Shown here: piece after piece, positions 14,375-27,411 of the stretch
Numbering within the stretch: position 1 is the first letter of the stretch
Layout of the letters: every line of letters begins with the position of its first letter
Assembly (NCBI RefSeq): GCF_009834535.1
Contig: NC_045696.1
Span: forward strand, 32,676,001 to 32,740,000
Direction of reading: 5' to 3'
From: Camelus ferus
Taxonomy: Eukaryota
DNA: 64,000 nucleotides
Program-made: the position numbers and the translations under genes
The notes under the pieces: generated by a model
The model's input: only the letters and a program-made list of their open reading frames with translations
The model's database searches: none
What the model was told of the DNA's origin: nothing

Positions 14375-14536
14375 CAGTGCTTCTCAAAGTTTGATGTCCA
14401 TTTGTGTCACCCAGAATCTTGCTAAAATGCAGATTTTGATTCAGGTGATCTGGGGTAGGGTCTAAAATTTGATGTATCTAACAAGTTTCAAGATGTGACT
14501 GATGGAGCCCTTGTGTAGACCTCACTTTGAGTAGCA
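14375..14536 (-). mobile_element. MER5A/MER5B
   Basis: cagtgcttctcaaagtttga...gctaaaatgcagattttgattcaggtgatctggggtaggg...ctcactttgagtagca. Confidence 0.8.
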
Positions 14537-17500
14537 TCATTTAGACTAGAGCACAAAGTGAGAATCACCTGCAGCTATGAACATATTTTTGTTTAACCAG
14601 CATAGGATTTCACCTTTTTTAAAAAGGAGTTTAAATGCCTTCTTATGATCTTAAATTCTCCTGTTTATCCAGTTTGTACTTCGTTACTTCGAAATCTATT
14701 ACCTCTGTAATTTAAATGATCAGTTTTCCACCGGTGAATATTTAGGGTTTAGATGCCCATTCATTCATTGCCTCTGTTCATGCCAAATGATTCCAGTGAT
14801 TCATCTGTTTCCAGGAGAGGCTCCTGATGAGAGGTGCCCTCTCTGGGACTACAAAAGTGGTGAGAGATTCCTGTATTCTTGGTCAAAATATTTGAGTAGA
14901 TTTATATGTTACTCTAATCATTTCTGGTAGTTTCTAGTCTTTCTAAAATGGATGGAATACATAGTATGTTGGTGGGGGCAGGGAGGCAGTGGGGAGATGA
15001 GGTGATGCTTTGCTGGATTTTAATTTTTAGGGAACAGCAGACAGTCTGCAACCTTTTAGGCTTTCTCTTTAAGAACTTGCCATGTCCAGATCAAAGGAAT
15101 TTATTAGGCTTTTAGCTCTCCTGTTTTTTTATAGCTCAAAATGAACAAATTTTCAAGTACAAAAAAAATGCTTTAAAAGAGTTCTTTTAGTCTTTATTTG
15201 AAATCTCCTGCTCTCCTTCAGTTCACAGATGTCGTACACTGAATGGAGGCATCAGACTACTACACTTTGATCATTTCACTATCTTGTTTGATTAGTGTTT
15301 CCAAACTATGGAGTTTATCAGCAGGGGGCAGGTTGATCCCTGTGGCTTATAATGGGCAAAGTATGGGGGGAAAATAGGTTTTTAGAAATCGTTTAAGATC
15401 AATCAGTTTCCTCCTTCTTCAAGGTTTAAAAATAACATCATGGACAGATAGACTTTGACACAGAATAAGATCAGATATTTCCAAAGAGAAAACTGACCAG
15501 CATGTATGGTGCACTTTTTCCCCTTTCTCTCTTTAAATTTATGACTTCCAGTCCTTAGATGATTATAAACTATAATCAAACTCCTTTTTAAAAAAAGGAA
15601 GCAAGAGGTACAACTGCTCAATTTTAACTTTCATTTACTGAGCAAACATCACTTTCAGAGTGAAGGTTAGGATTGTTAAATGAGATTTTAAAGACTTCAG
15701 CTCTTTGAAAAAGTACTGAATTGTATTGCATTGCAGCAGTTTTAACTATTGCTGCGACCTGGGAGCATGACCGTCCTCCACTTGGGGGTTGTTAATTTGC
15801 AGTTCCATAGCTGTAATTCAGGAGTAAGAGCTTTGCCTCTGATAATAAATTAACATTGAAATATAAGCCTTCTTCTTTGGTATTTTGAAAGTATCTTTGG
15901 TGGCAGTGCTCTGAGGATTATCAGCTGCTGACCTTTCAGTATGGCTGGCAACATATTAGATTAAGGATTGACTTCCTTGTAGATCTGGAGAATGCTGTCT
16001 GATTATGGATTTTTCAGTTTGGGGGTAAATGAGATCATGCGGGACTTTGGGTTTAAATAAATTTGACTAGTTTTCAATTTTAAATGCAACTAGGAGCACA
16101 GGGACCTAAAAGAAAAAAGATGCTAGTGAGACCAGATTCTCATTGTACAACTTTGCCTTGAGTATAGCCTCCCTGTGAGGCATTCAGTGGGAGCTTCATG
16201 TGATGGAGGCTATCTCAGTTGGCCAGCTGCCAGAGTTTTTCATGATATAAAGGGTCTATGCCTTCTTTATTACCCTAGTTATGTGAAGAAGAGGGCAATT
16301 CTGGATAAACTATCTCATACTAAAAAGTAAATGACTACTAGCTCAGATGACCAAATTAAAAGAATGTTAATGAAGAAAATCTCAGGTAGCTGTACAAAAT
16401 AAAATGAAGATTATACCAAGGCCTATAGGAGACACTTTTTGGATTTTATAGGTACCCCAAAGTCATTTTTTAAAGTTTTACCGAAAATAATCAATAACAG
16501 TTTTAAGTTTTAGTTTCACATAGAGAGAATAAATATAAATACTTGTAATATATTGTTGTCTTTAACTAAAAGCAAGATGCCATTATATGTTATTATTTCT
16601 CTCATTTAGTTAAACAAACGAGTAGGTAATTTTATTACTTGTTTGTTTATATCTACCTTAGTTCCAAAAGGATTTAATATATTTGAGTTTTTTGGGGACA
16701 TTTCAAAGTTTGTTAGAATAAATCTATGCCAAATTTCTATGGCAGTTAAATCTTCAAAATGAGATTGCTAACTACAGCATAAGCAATACTTTGACAGAAG
16801 AGTTTGATATCTGTTCACTTATTGATTATTGATAACAATTACATTTAAACAATTAATTTAAAATAATATTTAACTTTAAAATGCTGAAAATGTAGGTGAT
16901 TTTTTTTTGGTTCTAGATGTACCAAGAATGGGATAATGATTAAAAAGCAGTATGATAAAAAGTGAAACAATTTCGAGAGATTTCTGTTAGTCAGGAATTC
17001 ATCTCTTTCTTCATTCTCACAATTGCCACTTTACCCTCAGTTACTGTGCAGCTGTAATAATCACTAAAATGGTCTCAGCATCTCAAATATTCCCTCTCAC
17101 TCTCTTTCCAGTATATCCTTCAAATTGAGTTCAGTGTTTCCTTCATAAGATGCAAATCCTCTTGCCACTCCCCCACCTCTGATTTCTAAATAGCTCTCCA
17201 GCTCTTCCCAGCCTACCTTTCATGTCTCATCTCCCTACAGTTGCCCCATTCTTCCCAGATGGAGTATTATCAGGGCCCTGCAAGTGATATTTTTTTCATG
17301 CCTTTGCACATTCTGTTCTTTGCCTGAGGACTCTATTCACCTTTCAGGAACCTGACTAACCATCTTACCATCTAGGAGGTGTGTGCTGACACCTTTTCTT
17401 CCCTCCTCCTCCAAGAATGGTGAGCACTCCTCCTCTCTAGTTCCATTAAACATCAATTATAGTACTTCTCATGGTATATTGTGATTGTTTCATTGCCTCT

Positions 17501-17719
17501 TTCTCTCCTAAGAGCCAGAGAGCCAGAACCTTGTTCTATTTCAGAAAAATTCACAGCCCCACCTCCACTACAAAAGTACAAAATTCCAGTAATTTCCTAA
17601 ATCCTTTGTTTCTGTGCGTGACACCTTCTCCCCTTTCTGCACTCTGTATCTTGAACAATACCAGTAAGATCACCTTGTTGCCCTGACCAAGTACTTGGTC
17701 TCTTCATGGAATACAGAAT

Positions 17720-17910
17720 TCACAGAAGCAGTAAGTATATTGGGAAGTGATACAAGCTATGTACAGATTAGAATCTAAAGACTAATGCTGACTAATCTAT
17801 GATCTTGGGTAACTTCATTAAGCCCTCTTTGTTCCTGCATTTCTTCAAGTCTACCTGAGGGTGGCAGCTGTACCTACCTCATAGGGCTACAGTGAAGATT
17901 ACTGCATACT
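17720..17910 (+). mobile_element. MIR SINE, decayed
   Basis: tgatcttgggtaacttcattaagccctc...gtacctacctcatagggctacagtgaagatta. Confidence 0.6.
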
Positions 17911-18029
17911 CCCTGAAGCCCAATAAAGTTGCAAATGAGCACACACGGCATGTTGGTTGGACTCTTTAGATTTATGCTCACTCATTTGATGGTTTCTAAG
18001 AATCATACTATATTCCCAGTCTGTCCAGC

Positions 18030-19381
18030 TTTTCAGTTAGGTGACCGTGTTCAACCTTTCCCTTCTCACCTTCGACACATCTCTCATTCTTGCTTTCATC
18101 TAATGATTCTGCTTCTATTTTACGGAGAAGAATAAAAGCAATCAGAATTGAATTTGGCACACCAGGCCACTATATTTCCACCTACGTATCAAACTGTGTG
18201 CTCATGTGTGCTACCTCTTCTCTTAACATTACTAGTTGTTACTGGTGAAAACTCACTCTGAAATTATGTACAGACCCCGTCTTCTCTCATTTGGAGCTGC
18301 TGCAGAGCCTCAGCAAATGGCCCTTTCTCTTTTCTACATCAGCATAAAAAATTTCTTAAGCATAAATTTTTCACCTTTCCACTTAATCTTTCTTACTGGT
18401 ATAATAGCTTGCTGCTATTTTTCTCTACTGTGAATAATTGTTGGCCCTACTTCCTTTGTAGCTACAGGCCCACTCTCCCTTCTGTATGATTGCAACAGAG
18501 CTCCTCAGAGGAGCTATCAATGTTGTCACCTGTTCCTCTGCTTTCATGCTGGCTTGAACTCACAGAAACTTGCTCTTCCACTGCCACTACTCCTTCAAAA
18601 CTGTTCTAGGCAATGTTGGTGGTAAATTGTTGAGTTCCCACCTGACTTAATTAAATGAAAATATTTTATACAGTTGACTACTGAATCTTGCTGGAAACAT
18701 TTGCCTGCCAGAAACCCACCCTTCAGATTTCCCCTCATTCCTCATAGGATGCTCCTTCTCAGACTCTGGGTGGTGTCTTCTTAACTCCCCAACATCTAGA
18801 CTTTGATTCATCCCTGGGGCCCCTTCTCTCTTCTGTCTACTTTCATTTTATTGTTGACATTGTTCAGTCCATGCTTTTAAAAACCATCCATAAGCTGGTG
18901 ATTTTCAAATTTATATCTATAGTTGAGAGCATCTGCTCTCAACTTCAGAATCACATATTCAGCCAATGTCCGCTTCTGCATCTAAAGGCATTTTAAAATC
19001 AGCATGTCCAAAAGTGAAATCCTTCTCTTCCCCTAAAATGCCTTTCTTTCATATTCTGCTACTTTTTCAGACAGTGGCAATTCCATCTTTTCAGTTTCTC
19101 TGGCCAAAAGACTTGGAGGTATCTTCACACCTCGTTCAAACACCTCTTTTAGTCACACCCTACTTCACATGCCTCAACACAATTCCTAGTGGTTCTACCT
19201 TCATTGTTTACCCAGAATCAATCCAGTGCATATTACTCTGTCACACAAGTACCCTGACACAGGCCATCACCACTTCTTGTCTCTGTAACAGCCTCCCTTG
19301 TTTACTGCCAAATCCCTGAAACTTTGAAAAGTGCCATGTATGTAGTACAGTCTCATTCAGTATTTCTGAGTAATGAATGAA
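18030..19381 (+). mobile_element. L2 LINE 3' portion
   Basis: Pyrimidine-rich L2 body (ggccccttctctcttctgtctac, tttcaaatttatatct, aatcagcatgtccaaaagtgaa) ending ...tcagtatttctgagtaatgaatga. Confidence 0.75.
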
Positions 19382-20363
19382 GTAGGAGCTGTTAGTATTT
19401 TCAGCTGTCTTTTCCATGTTCTCTTCTATTAAACACAAGTATTTTCTACTTGAAGGCTGTATAGCAGCATCTGACATGTGGTTCAGGCTCAGTAGTTGTA
19501 AAAATCTTCACTTTCATAAAATGACCATTTCTAAAATCTTAAAATGCATTTAACTGCCCAATTTTGCTGACTATAATTTAATTTTGATATTTTGAAAAAA
19601 TATTTAAATGTTGTAATATCTTGGGATCCTTATCGATACTATCCTACAGAAAATGATACGTGTTTGCTCTTTCAATCTGCATTGGTTCTTTATTATACAC
19701 TGGAAGTTAGTTGCTATTTAAAATAGATTTCTAATAACAGTTAATTTTGTTTTTGATTGGTTTCCTTCAAATGAAAGTGAATGGCAGAAGTTTAACTTTG
19801 TATCCAGGCTGTGCTACCCCATTACTTTACTGCCAATAGTTGTTAATGAAAATAGAAGGATCCTTTTGCCAAGTGATTTTATTTTTTTCACTAAAGTCTT
19901 TTGTGTCTTGAAAAGTGTCCTTTGTTTTCCTGGTAATCACCCATTTCCCCCATTGTTTCCATAGCAGTGCTGATAAATTTCACTTTAAATTTTGATTATA
20001 TTGTACTTCTCGTCTTTATTTTTTATTAAATGTTTATAGTTCTCATTCTCATCCGATGTTATGATTCTCTTCTACTTCCCACATCCATTCAGTCTTCTCA
20101 ATAAAGTCTCAGATATGGAATCCTGATTCCCAAGTAGTAATAGGGAAGCTTTTGCTTTTGTAAGCTCTTTGAGCAAAAAAATCAGCCCATCTCAGTGTTG
20201 AATTATTACACCTTCGGTTATTCCATCTCTTATGGTATCCATTAATGCCATAATATTCAGCCCCCAAATCTTTGACCAGATTTAGACATGCTACCTAGGT
20301 TCTCTTGTCTGTCCTGCAGCAACTGAAATGATTAATGTGGTTTCCTCTATATATATGTGTCTG

Positions 20364-20727
20364 TGTTACCATGAGGAGGGGAGAAAGGCCTTGGTTCTTT
20401 GTCTTACCCGAGAAAAAGAATTTAAAAGGGCAACTGAAAGTGTGATGTAAACAGATAATTTTATTAATAGAGCAAAAATTAGTAACGTAGGGTACAACTC
20501 CAAGAATTGAAAGCAGGCCAACCCAAGAAAGGAAAACGGCGCAACTCCTTTGTTTCTCCTGTCTTGTATCCTGGCTTAGGGGTGTTCTGGTGATTGATTG
20601 ATGGCTCTGGTCTCTTGAGTGCTCAGGCACGCCCATCTGTTTTGAGCATGCTCTTACCCGTGTTACACACAGAAAAACCTATGGGAGGGGGCCCAAACCG
20701 CAATGCTAATTACATTGTAATGAGTCA
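20364..20727 (-). mobile_element. Solo LTR of an endogenous retrovirus (ERV1-like), 364 bp
   Basis: TCTG|TGTTACC...TGAGTCA|TCTG gives TG...CA termini and a perfect 4-bp TSD (20360-20363, 20728-20731). AATAAA lies on the minus strand near 20460. GC and CpG are higher than in the flanks. Confidence 0.85.
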
Positions 20728-20739
20728 TCTGTCAGAACT

Positions 20740-20920
20740 ACTTACTGTTTAAGTAATGTTAACTCTGACTTTCTAAATCTCTATTTCCTCACCCATAAAA
20801 TGGGATTCTTAATACTATTTTCCCCATAGGATTGCAGTGGAAATGAAATGACATCGTGGGAGTAAGAGATCAACACAGCACCTTTGTCAGTAATTATTGC
20901 TCAATAAATGTTAACTGGTA
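20740..20920 (+). mobile_element. MIR SINE
   Basis: ctatttcctcacccataaaatggg...cataggattgcagtggaaatgaaatga...gctcaataaatgttaact. Confidence 0.7.
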
Positions 20921-22439
20921 CTATTCATTCTTCATATTCAAGACTAATTTAACCTACCTCTATATTAACAATGTTGGCTCATTGTAGATCTTCAAAAATT
21001 TTGCTTATAGAAAGTGCCTATCAATCAAGTAGCAAGTAGTTTTTACTGCCAGTTTTGGATATTTTGATATTTTTAGAATCTTGGAAAATCACCAGTTATG
21101 TCATGGTAGTGGACAGTGGTGGAGGTGACCTTTTCCTTTTCTTGACTTGCTGCTCTTTCTCCTTCTGAGAGCATACTCAGAAAATGACGAAGACATCAAA
21201 CACTGAGCTTTAGCATCATTGCCCTGAGAATGAGAAAGACTGATCATGTTGTCCTAGTGCCCAAGCAAAAAGTTCTAACAAACCTAGCTTTTAAACATAA
21301 ATGAATTAGATTATTGCTTTTTAGATGAACAGCATGGTTTGTCACTCATCTCCTTGAGTGTAAATGCACTTGCCACGTAGTTTATATATGTTTGATTCTG
21401 TACAGTGCCTCTGGTTATTCTCATTGTCATTAATAGTCAAATACATTTATTTCTCCAGGAAGAAATGGATGTGGATTTCACAGATGACAGACTTGTCTCA
21501 CTTTTCCCCTGATAATAAAAAAATTCAATTTCCCTTTTTGTTGTTTAAAAAGCAGAAATAATTTCACCTGATAAAATGTAAATGAGGTTAACATGTCCTC
21601 TATCTCATCCACTAAAGAGCTTGTTGACTTCACGCTTGTTTACTGTATCTGTTTCTTCCTCAACTTCATTTCCCATCGTTTTATCTTGACATTTTTAGTA
21701 TTCTCTTAGTGCTAAAGAAAGTTGCTTTCTTCAATAATTGATAAGATAAAGAACCCTGAGACTTCGGGACTAGCTCATTTTTTACCTAGATGGTTCCACA
21801 GCCATCATTTACAGCAGAAAGCACATTCTTTCCCCGAGGCCAAAACAATTATCTGTGACATCATAAAGAAGTTCAGCTGGCACATGTGAGAAATGCTTGA
21901 TGCATTTCACTCAATGAAAGGAGGAGCAAAAGGTTAAAGGTCTTTTTGTAACTGGTATTAGGAGGTATTGAGCATAAGGAGTATGCAGCTACAATGCATA
22001 GATATATCTTTTTAAAAAATAAGCCCAATTTTACTTGCATTCTTAAAATCTAAGCAGTGGTCAGTCTAAAAGCAATTATGGTTGTCACAGTTTGAAGAGT
22101 GATGTACGCTTTCTGCCCTGAAGAATCTCAACACATTGTGAATGCCTAAGTCTTTTGGAGCAATTTCAGAAAACAAGGAGGCATGTAGTCAACAGAAGTA
22201 TATAAAAGACAGATATAATAGTACAAAAGGATAGGATCTCTTTCTTTCACTCATCCTTAGAATAACACACGTCTAAGCCTATGAATAATGTAAGTACAAT
22301 TAATATACAGACAATGAATTATTTTAAAAAGCAGCATCAATTGAAAATAGCAGCACTTAACATGAGGCCAGAAGCACAGACTACTTTTTCTCATATGTAG
22401 ATCACTTTATTGTTGTTGTAAGTCTGTACCATTATGATG

Positions 22440-22612
22440 AGGGAGCATGGTGTAAGGGAGATAGTGCTGTGGGACAGAGGACCCTGGGGTTGTCTTCTCA
22501 GCTCCCCTGTTAAATGTGATCTTAATAAACTCAAACTGTCTTCCTGGGTTTCAGTGTCCTCATCTGTAGAATGAAAGAATTGGATTAGATACTCTAAACG
22601 GTCTTTTCCAGC
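22440..22612 (+). mobile_element. MIR/MIR3 SINE
   Basis: gagcatggtgtaagggaga...ctgggtttcagtgtcctcatctgtagaatgaaagaattggattagat...ttttccagc. Confidence 0.7.
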
Positions 22613-23970
22613 ACATTCCCCAGTTCTAATGATATTACCAACCTCCTTCTAGTCCCAGTGCAGAAGACATAGAACCCACACATCAAGCCTCAGTGAATAG
22701 CGCAAAAAAATGAGCAATACTCTTCATGTGATTTCTCAGGTTCCTATTCACATGTGAATTACTTTTGCTAATTAAAAAGAAATCTGTATTTTTTTTTTGT
22801 TCAGGAGAGAATGTCTAGAAAGAGATGAATCATAACAGTAACATATATTCCTTTTTTCTATCAACAAGCAAGAAGTATGCCTTAAATTGTCTTGCTTTTT
22901 CCAATCTCAAGTATCCCAAATACAACCCTTATTCAAGACTCTCTATTACTTGAGGTTCGTTAAGCATGATTTTCAAATCTCTGCTTTTTCTGTTGTTGGT
23001 GTGTCATTATTCTCTTCTTCCAAGTCCCCGAGCTCTATCCACCTGCAGCCTTCCAGCATTCCTTCCTAGGTCAGCTCGGATCCAAGCCAATCAAATTCAT
23101 TTCCCAGCAGGTAGCACACACACACACACAAAAAGACCAAGAATATAAACCAATAGGAGTGAAAGCTAAGTATGAAATGTTAACTCATTTCTGATGGCAT
23201 GTGTGATCTGAAGTTGTGTTGGGAGCATTAACTCTGAGGCAGAGATAAAGGATAAAGGAGAGAGAGAAGGAAACTGCCGGTCAAAAGAGCAGAGACCTGA
23301 CGAGGGCCGCCTTCCAGAGCAGACATTGGGGTGACTACTGTGGTCACTGTGATTTGGGGCCTGTTCTTTGTGTGTTGTCACTCTACTCTTGCCCTTCCTA
23401 AGCTAAGTGGCTTCGGCCCTTCTCATCCATGTGCTGATATCCACTCCCCCTCTGTCTATTGTTCCTGACAAAGAAGAGTCAAAATGTAATATTTTAATTC
23501 AACTTTTTTAAGTGGCACAGTGACTCAGTGATCTTTTTGCCCAGACAACCCTTTTTTGGCCAAGTGTCTGTAAGATTTGGCCTTTCTTAGCCAAACTGGG
23601 CATCAAAGCACTTTGTTGAACAAAAGAGCTGCCAGTTCCTGCAGCTGAGTGATGATTCGCCTATCGAAGGAAGAATTTGCCACCCTCACTGTTTCTATTA
23701 AATTGCTTTTTTTTTGGTCTCTACACTTACAATAAATCTCCTGTCACTTGGAGCAACATGAATGAATCTCTGTAGCTTGCAACCACAAAGGCCAACTAAA
23801 ATTATAAATATTTGTTGCTTGATTTCAAAGCTTGTGTATTTTGGGATGAGGATAGGAGAGAAATGTACTGCACCTTTTTTCTTCCTCTGATAATTGTCAC
23901 TATGTGATTGTTATCGGAGAGCAAAGGACCTATTTTCTAACAATTTATTAACTTAAACATTAATTTCTTT

Positions 23971-24116
23971 TTAAATTTAATTTTATTTTTATGTGAAGTG
24001 TAGTTGATTTATAATGTTAGTTTCAGGTGTACAGCAGAGCAATTCAGTTATATATATATATTTAGATTCTTTTCCATTATAGCTTATTACAAGAAATTGA
24101 ATATAGTTCCCTGTGC
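23971..24116 (-). mobile_element. 5'-truncated L1 3' end (laurasiatherian/artiodactyl type) with 17-bp TSD
   Basis: T-rich tail then gaagtgtagttgatttataatgttagtttcaggtgtacagc...aatatagttccctgtgc. TSD TAAACATTAATTTCTTT (23954-23970) vs TAAACATTAATGTCTTT (24117-24133). Confidence 0.9.
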
Positions 24117-24279
24117 TAAACATTAATGTCTTTATAGTTGGCTACTACCCTTCTATTTACAAGGCAGTTACTCCTATTGCAAATGTACATATGGTGAATA
24201 GCTGGCAAGTGACTGAAGTGAGAAATGAAACCAGGATTGATCTCACTCCTCACCTGATTTCCACTGCATCCCACAGCCT

Positions 24280-24782
24280 TGAAACCAAAAAGACCCTACA
24301 TTGGCTGACATCATGGCCTACTTTTCCCTTCTCCTTCCCTAAATCTACACCAGGCACACTGGCCCTCTTCCTCTTTCTCAGATACATCAAATGACTCACT
24401 TCCTCAGGACTCTTGCACTTGCTGTCCCCTAAGCATGAAATATCTTCCCCAGATACCTACATGGTTCACTCTCAGTTTATTCAAACCTCTGATTAAAATT
24501 TATCTCCTCATATGAGAATTCTTTGATCCCTCATTCCACCATTAGTACCATTCATTACCCTCTCTCCCCTGGTATTTCCTTCTGATTTTTCATAGTCCTT
24601 AGCAATACCTGACATTCTCTTATGTCCATTGTTTTTCTCACGTTATTTTAAAAATACACTGCCTCTGAAGTAAGCTTCATGAGTGCAGAAGTTTTCTCTT
24701 CTGGTCACTACAGAATCCACAAAAAATACTTTAGCATCTGTCATAGAGTAGATGTTCAATGAACATTCCTTGAATGAATGAA
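24280..24782 (+). mobile_element. L2 LINE 3' end
   Basis: caggcacactggccctcttcc...cctcaggactcttgcacttgctgtcccc...gtaagcttcatgagtgcag...gttcaatgaacattccttgaatgaatgaa. Confidence 0.8.
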
Positions 24783-26730
24783 GCAAAAAATTAGCATAGG
24801 AAAATAAGTTGAAATTGTAGTAGAGTTCATCAAAAATAAATCAAGAGAAAGATGAACAGGCAGGTAATACCTCCATGACTTTAAAATATACTTCTAAGTT
24901 TTTAAAAAATAATCTATCTGATTACACTGATACTGAGTAACTGGGTAAAAATAAGCCTCTGCTCTGTGGTTATTTAAATAGCAGTATCTCTTAAAGTAAC
25001 ATATCACTGAGATTAGTACTCATTTGGAGGAGGAAAGATAAATGACTCCTTTGAGTTTCTGGTAACTTTGATGAATCAAAAAATATTCCGGTTGAAAACA
25101 TTCATTTAGCCACTAATTCAATTGATTTTTAAATCCTCTGAAATTATGCCAGAAACACAATAAAATTAGAAAATACCTTTTCTTTTTTGACATGTTAACA
25201 GAAATGGTTGTGTATATAAAGAAATGTTTAAGCAATCTTAGGGCTAGGTTATTTAGAAAATACATAGATTTTTCTTCTTTATTTAATTTAAACTGAATCA
25301 GATTTTGCAAGTAAGCAGTAATGGCAGTTTAAAAGCCTGATAAGAGCTGAATACGTGCAGTGTTATAATACCTTATGCTTCTGTAGTTTTTCCCTTGACT
25401 GAATATAAGAACTGTGTTAATGCAGTACTTCTTGCCTGCCTGTTTATCAAACCATGGTGGGGTCAGGCTTTCTGGGACTACACTGGTAGCCTTTGAGTAT
25501 AAAGAATGTCAGGTAAATGGATGTAAATTGTCTGTGTCCTGACCTGAGGGCTCAGACACAGCATCAAGGGACAAGTGTTCCACAAACCCAGCCCATTAAC
25601 CAAGAAAGCCCTCTGCCTGTGCATTGCGACAGAAGGTTATAAACAGCATGCAAGTAAAAAAAAAAAAAACAAAAAAAAAACCAAAACACCTCACTGTCAC
25701 TTAGTCACAATTTCTCTTCCAAGTGTAAAAGAATGCATTCTGTGAGCCAACATTATTCAGCTAGAGATTCTGTCTGCTCAGTTCTAAGACCCTGGCTACC
25801 CACCTAAAGGTCTGATTAAGAAGGAAAAATTGGGTAGTCTCCAGGGGCATACTAATTTCAAGCTTATGTGAGTGTTCCCATAGATAAATTTACTGAGGTT
25901 CCAATGTGCTTGCTTGGCAATCTATCTAGATTACTGTTGTAGGAAAAAGCCTTCCCCCAAAGCTAAATAATCATTTCTATCCATTAGGTATGAAGAAGTA
26001 CCTAAAGAAACTACAATCCAAACAGAACTATTGATGATAGAGATAACAGTACTGCTCTCTCTGAAGGACCTATACTTAGGATGTTAATTGGAAGGGAGGG
26101 AGGGAGGGAATGAGACAAAAAGAGATGAAGGGAAGACAATATACTTCCTACTCTAGGTTACCAGCTCATTTAAACCCAAATGAATTTGATTAATCCTTGT
26201 ACTTTCCTTGAGATTTGTGGACTATGGAGAAAAGGACGCTAAATCAGAAACACTAAGTCTTTTATTTGAATGAAGACTTTTGTGCTAGGATTATCATTGA
26301 AAGACTTTACCCAGAAATCCCATAAAGAAAAAGATTCTGGGATGCTTTCTGCCTAAGATTCATTCCAATTGTTTATATATGGACAACTTTCACTCCTCGT
26401 TGTTTCTCAAGATCACCTGTTTATTTAATAAACTCCTAATAAGAGCTAGAATAGTGTTAAGTTGGGAACATAACAGCCAATGAGAACAGAAAGGATTCCT
26501 GTACTCTGGAAGATTACATTTTAATAGAGGAGACAGATATTAATAAAAATATAGCACCCACACAAAAATGCACCAAGTTATTGTACACGCACACACAAAC
26601 GTAAAGATAAACATTAAACAAACAAAAACCTACACACTATCAGTACGATGAAGGAAAAGTCTTCTGTGTTATGACAGCATATAGTTAGTCTGAAGGATTA
26701 AGGAAGGATTTTTAAAGTTGTGGTGTATGA

Positions 26731-26870
26731 TGGTAATTATATGAGGTAAGAGAGGTGTTAACTAACCTTACTGTAATCATTTTGCAGTATATATCTGTGT
26801 ATCAAATCATCATGTTGCACACCTTATACTTGTGTGGTATAATGAGTCAGTTACATCTCAGTACAGCTGG
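26731..26870 (+). mobile_element. L1 3' end (L1MA9/L1MB-like) nested in an antisense L2 fragment (~26460-26960)
   Basis: tggtaattatatgaggt..gtgttaactaaccttactgtaatcattttgcagtatat...atcaaatcatcatgttgcacacctta...ttacatctcagtacagctgg. Confidence 0.75.
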
Positions 26871-27335
26871 GGTGGGGGTATTTGAAGACAGTAGAAGGTG
26901 TAGAGGAGTTAAACAGGAAGGCAGCAGGAGCATTCAGTACAGAGGTACAGTGGTGGGAGAAGGTGAACCAAGACAGCAGAAAGGGGCCTGCAGCCCAAAG
27001 GAAAGCAGGCCCTGCAGCTGGATGTGGGTGGAGAGGTGGACAGGCTCTCATCATTCAGAGCCTTTTCGTTCCCATTACCCACGAAAGACCTGAAGAGGAC
27101 TGTAAAGCGAGATACAAAGATTACAGATGTTCTCCCATAGTGATTTTAAGTCCATGACATCCTACGGTAATTACAGTCTCAAGAACCTAAAACTCATGTT
27201 ATTTAAAAAAAATAAAAACCAGTGGTTTGCCAATAATAATTTGGAACAGGATAATCTGAATTTTTATCTTCCTGTAATTAGGAATGCATTGCTCAAATGA
27301 TTAATGAAAATTATAATTAATGAATAAATACTTTA

Positions 27336-27411
27336 TAAACATTATACTGTACACCAGAAATTGACACATTGTAACTGACTGTACTTCAATTAAAAAATAA
27401 ATAAATAAAAA
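27336..27411 (+). mobile_element. Very short L1 3' end with A-rich tail (resembles camelid L1)
   Basis: aaacattatactgtacaccagaaattgacacattgtaactgactgtacttcaat followed by aaaaaataaataaataaaaa. Confidence 0.75.

Noticed and set aside
18966..19319. 117-aa ORF, the longest in the window
   Set aside because: A chance ORF within a decayed L2.
20295..20636. 113-aa minus-strand ORF
   Set aside because: It lies mostly within the solo LTR and has no gag, pol or env similarity.
26755..27157. Overlapping ORFs of 112, 91 and 67 aa in a GC-richer patch
   Set aside because: They largely overlap an L1 3' end and a decayed L2. There is no recognisable protein or splice structure, and I could not support a processed pseudogene.
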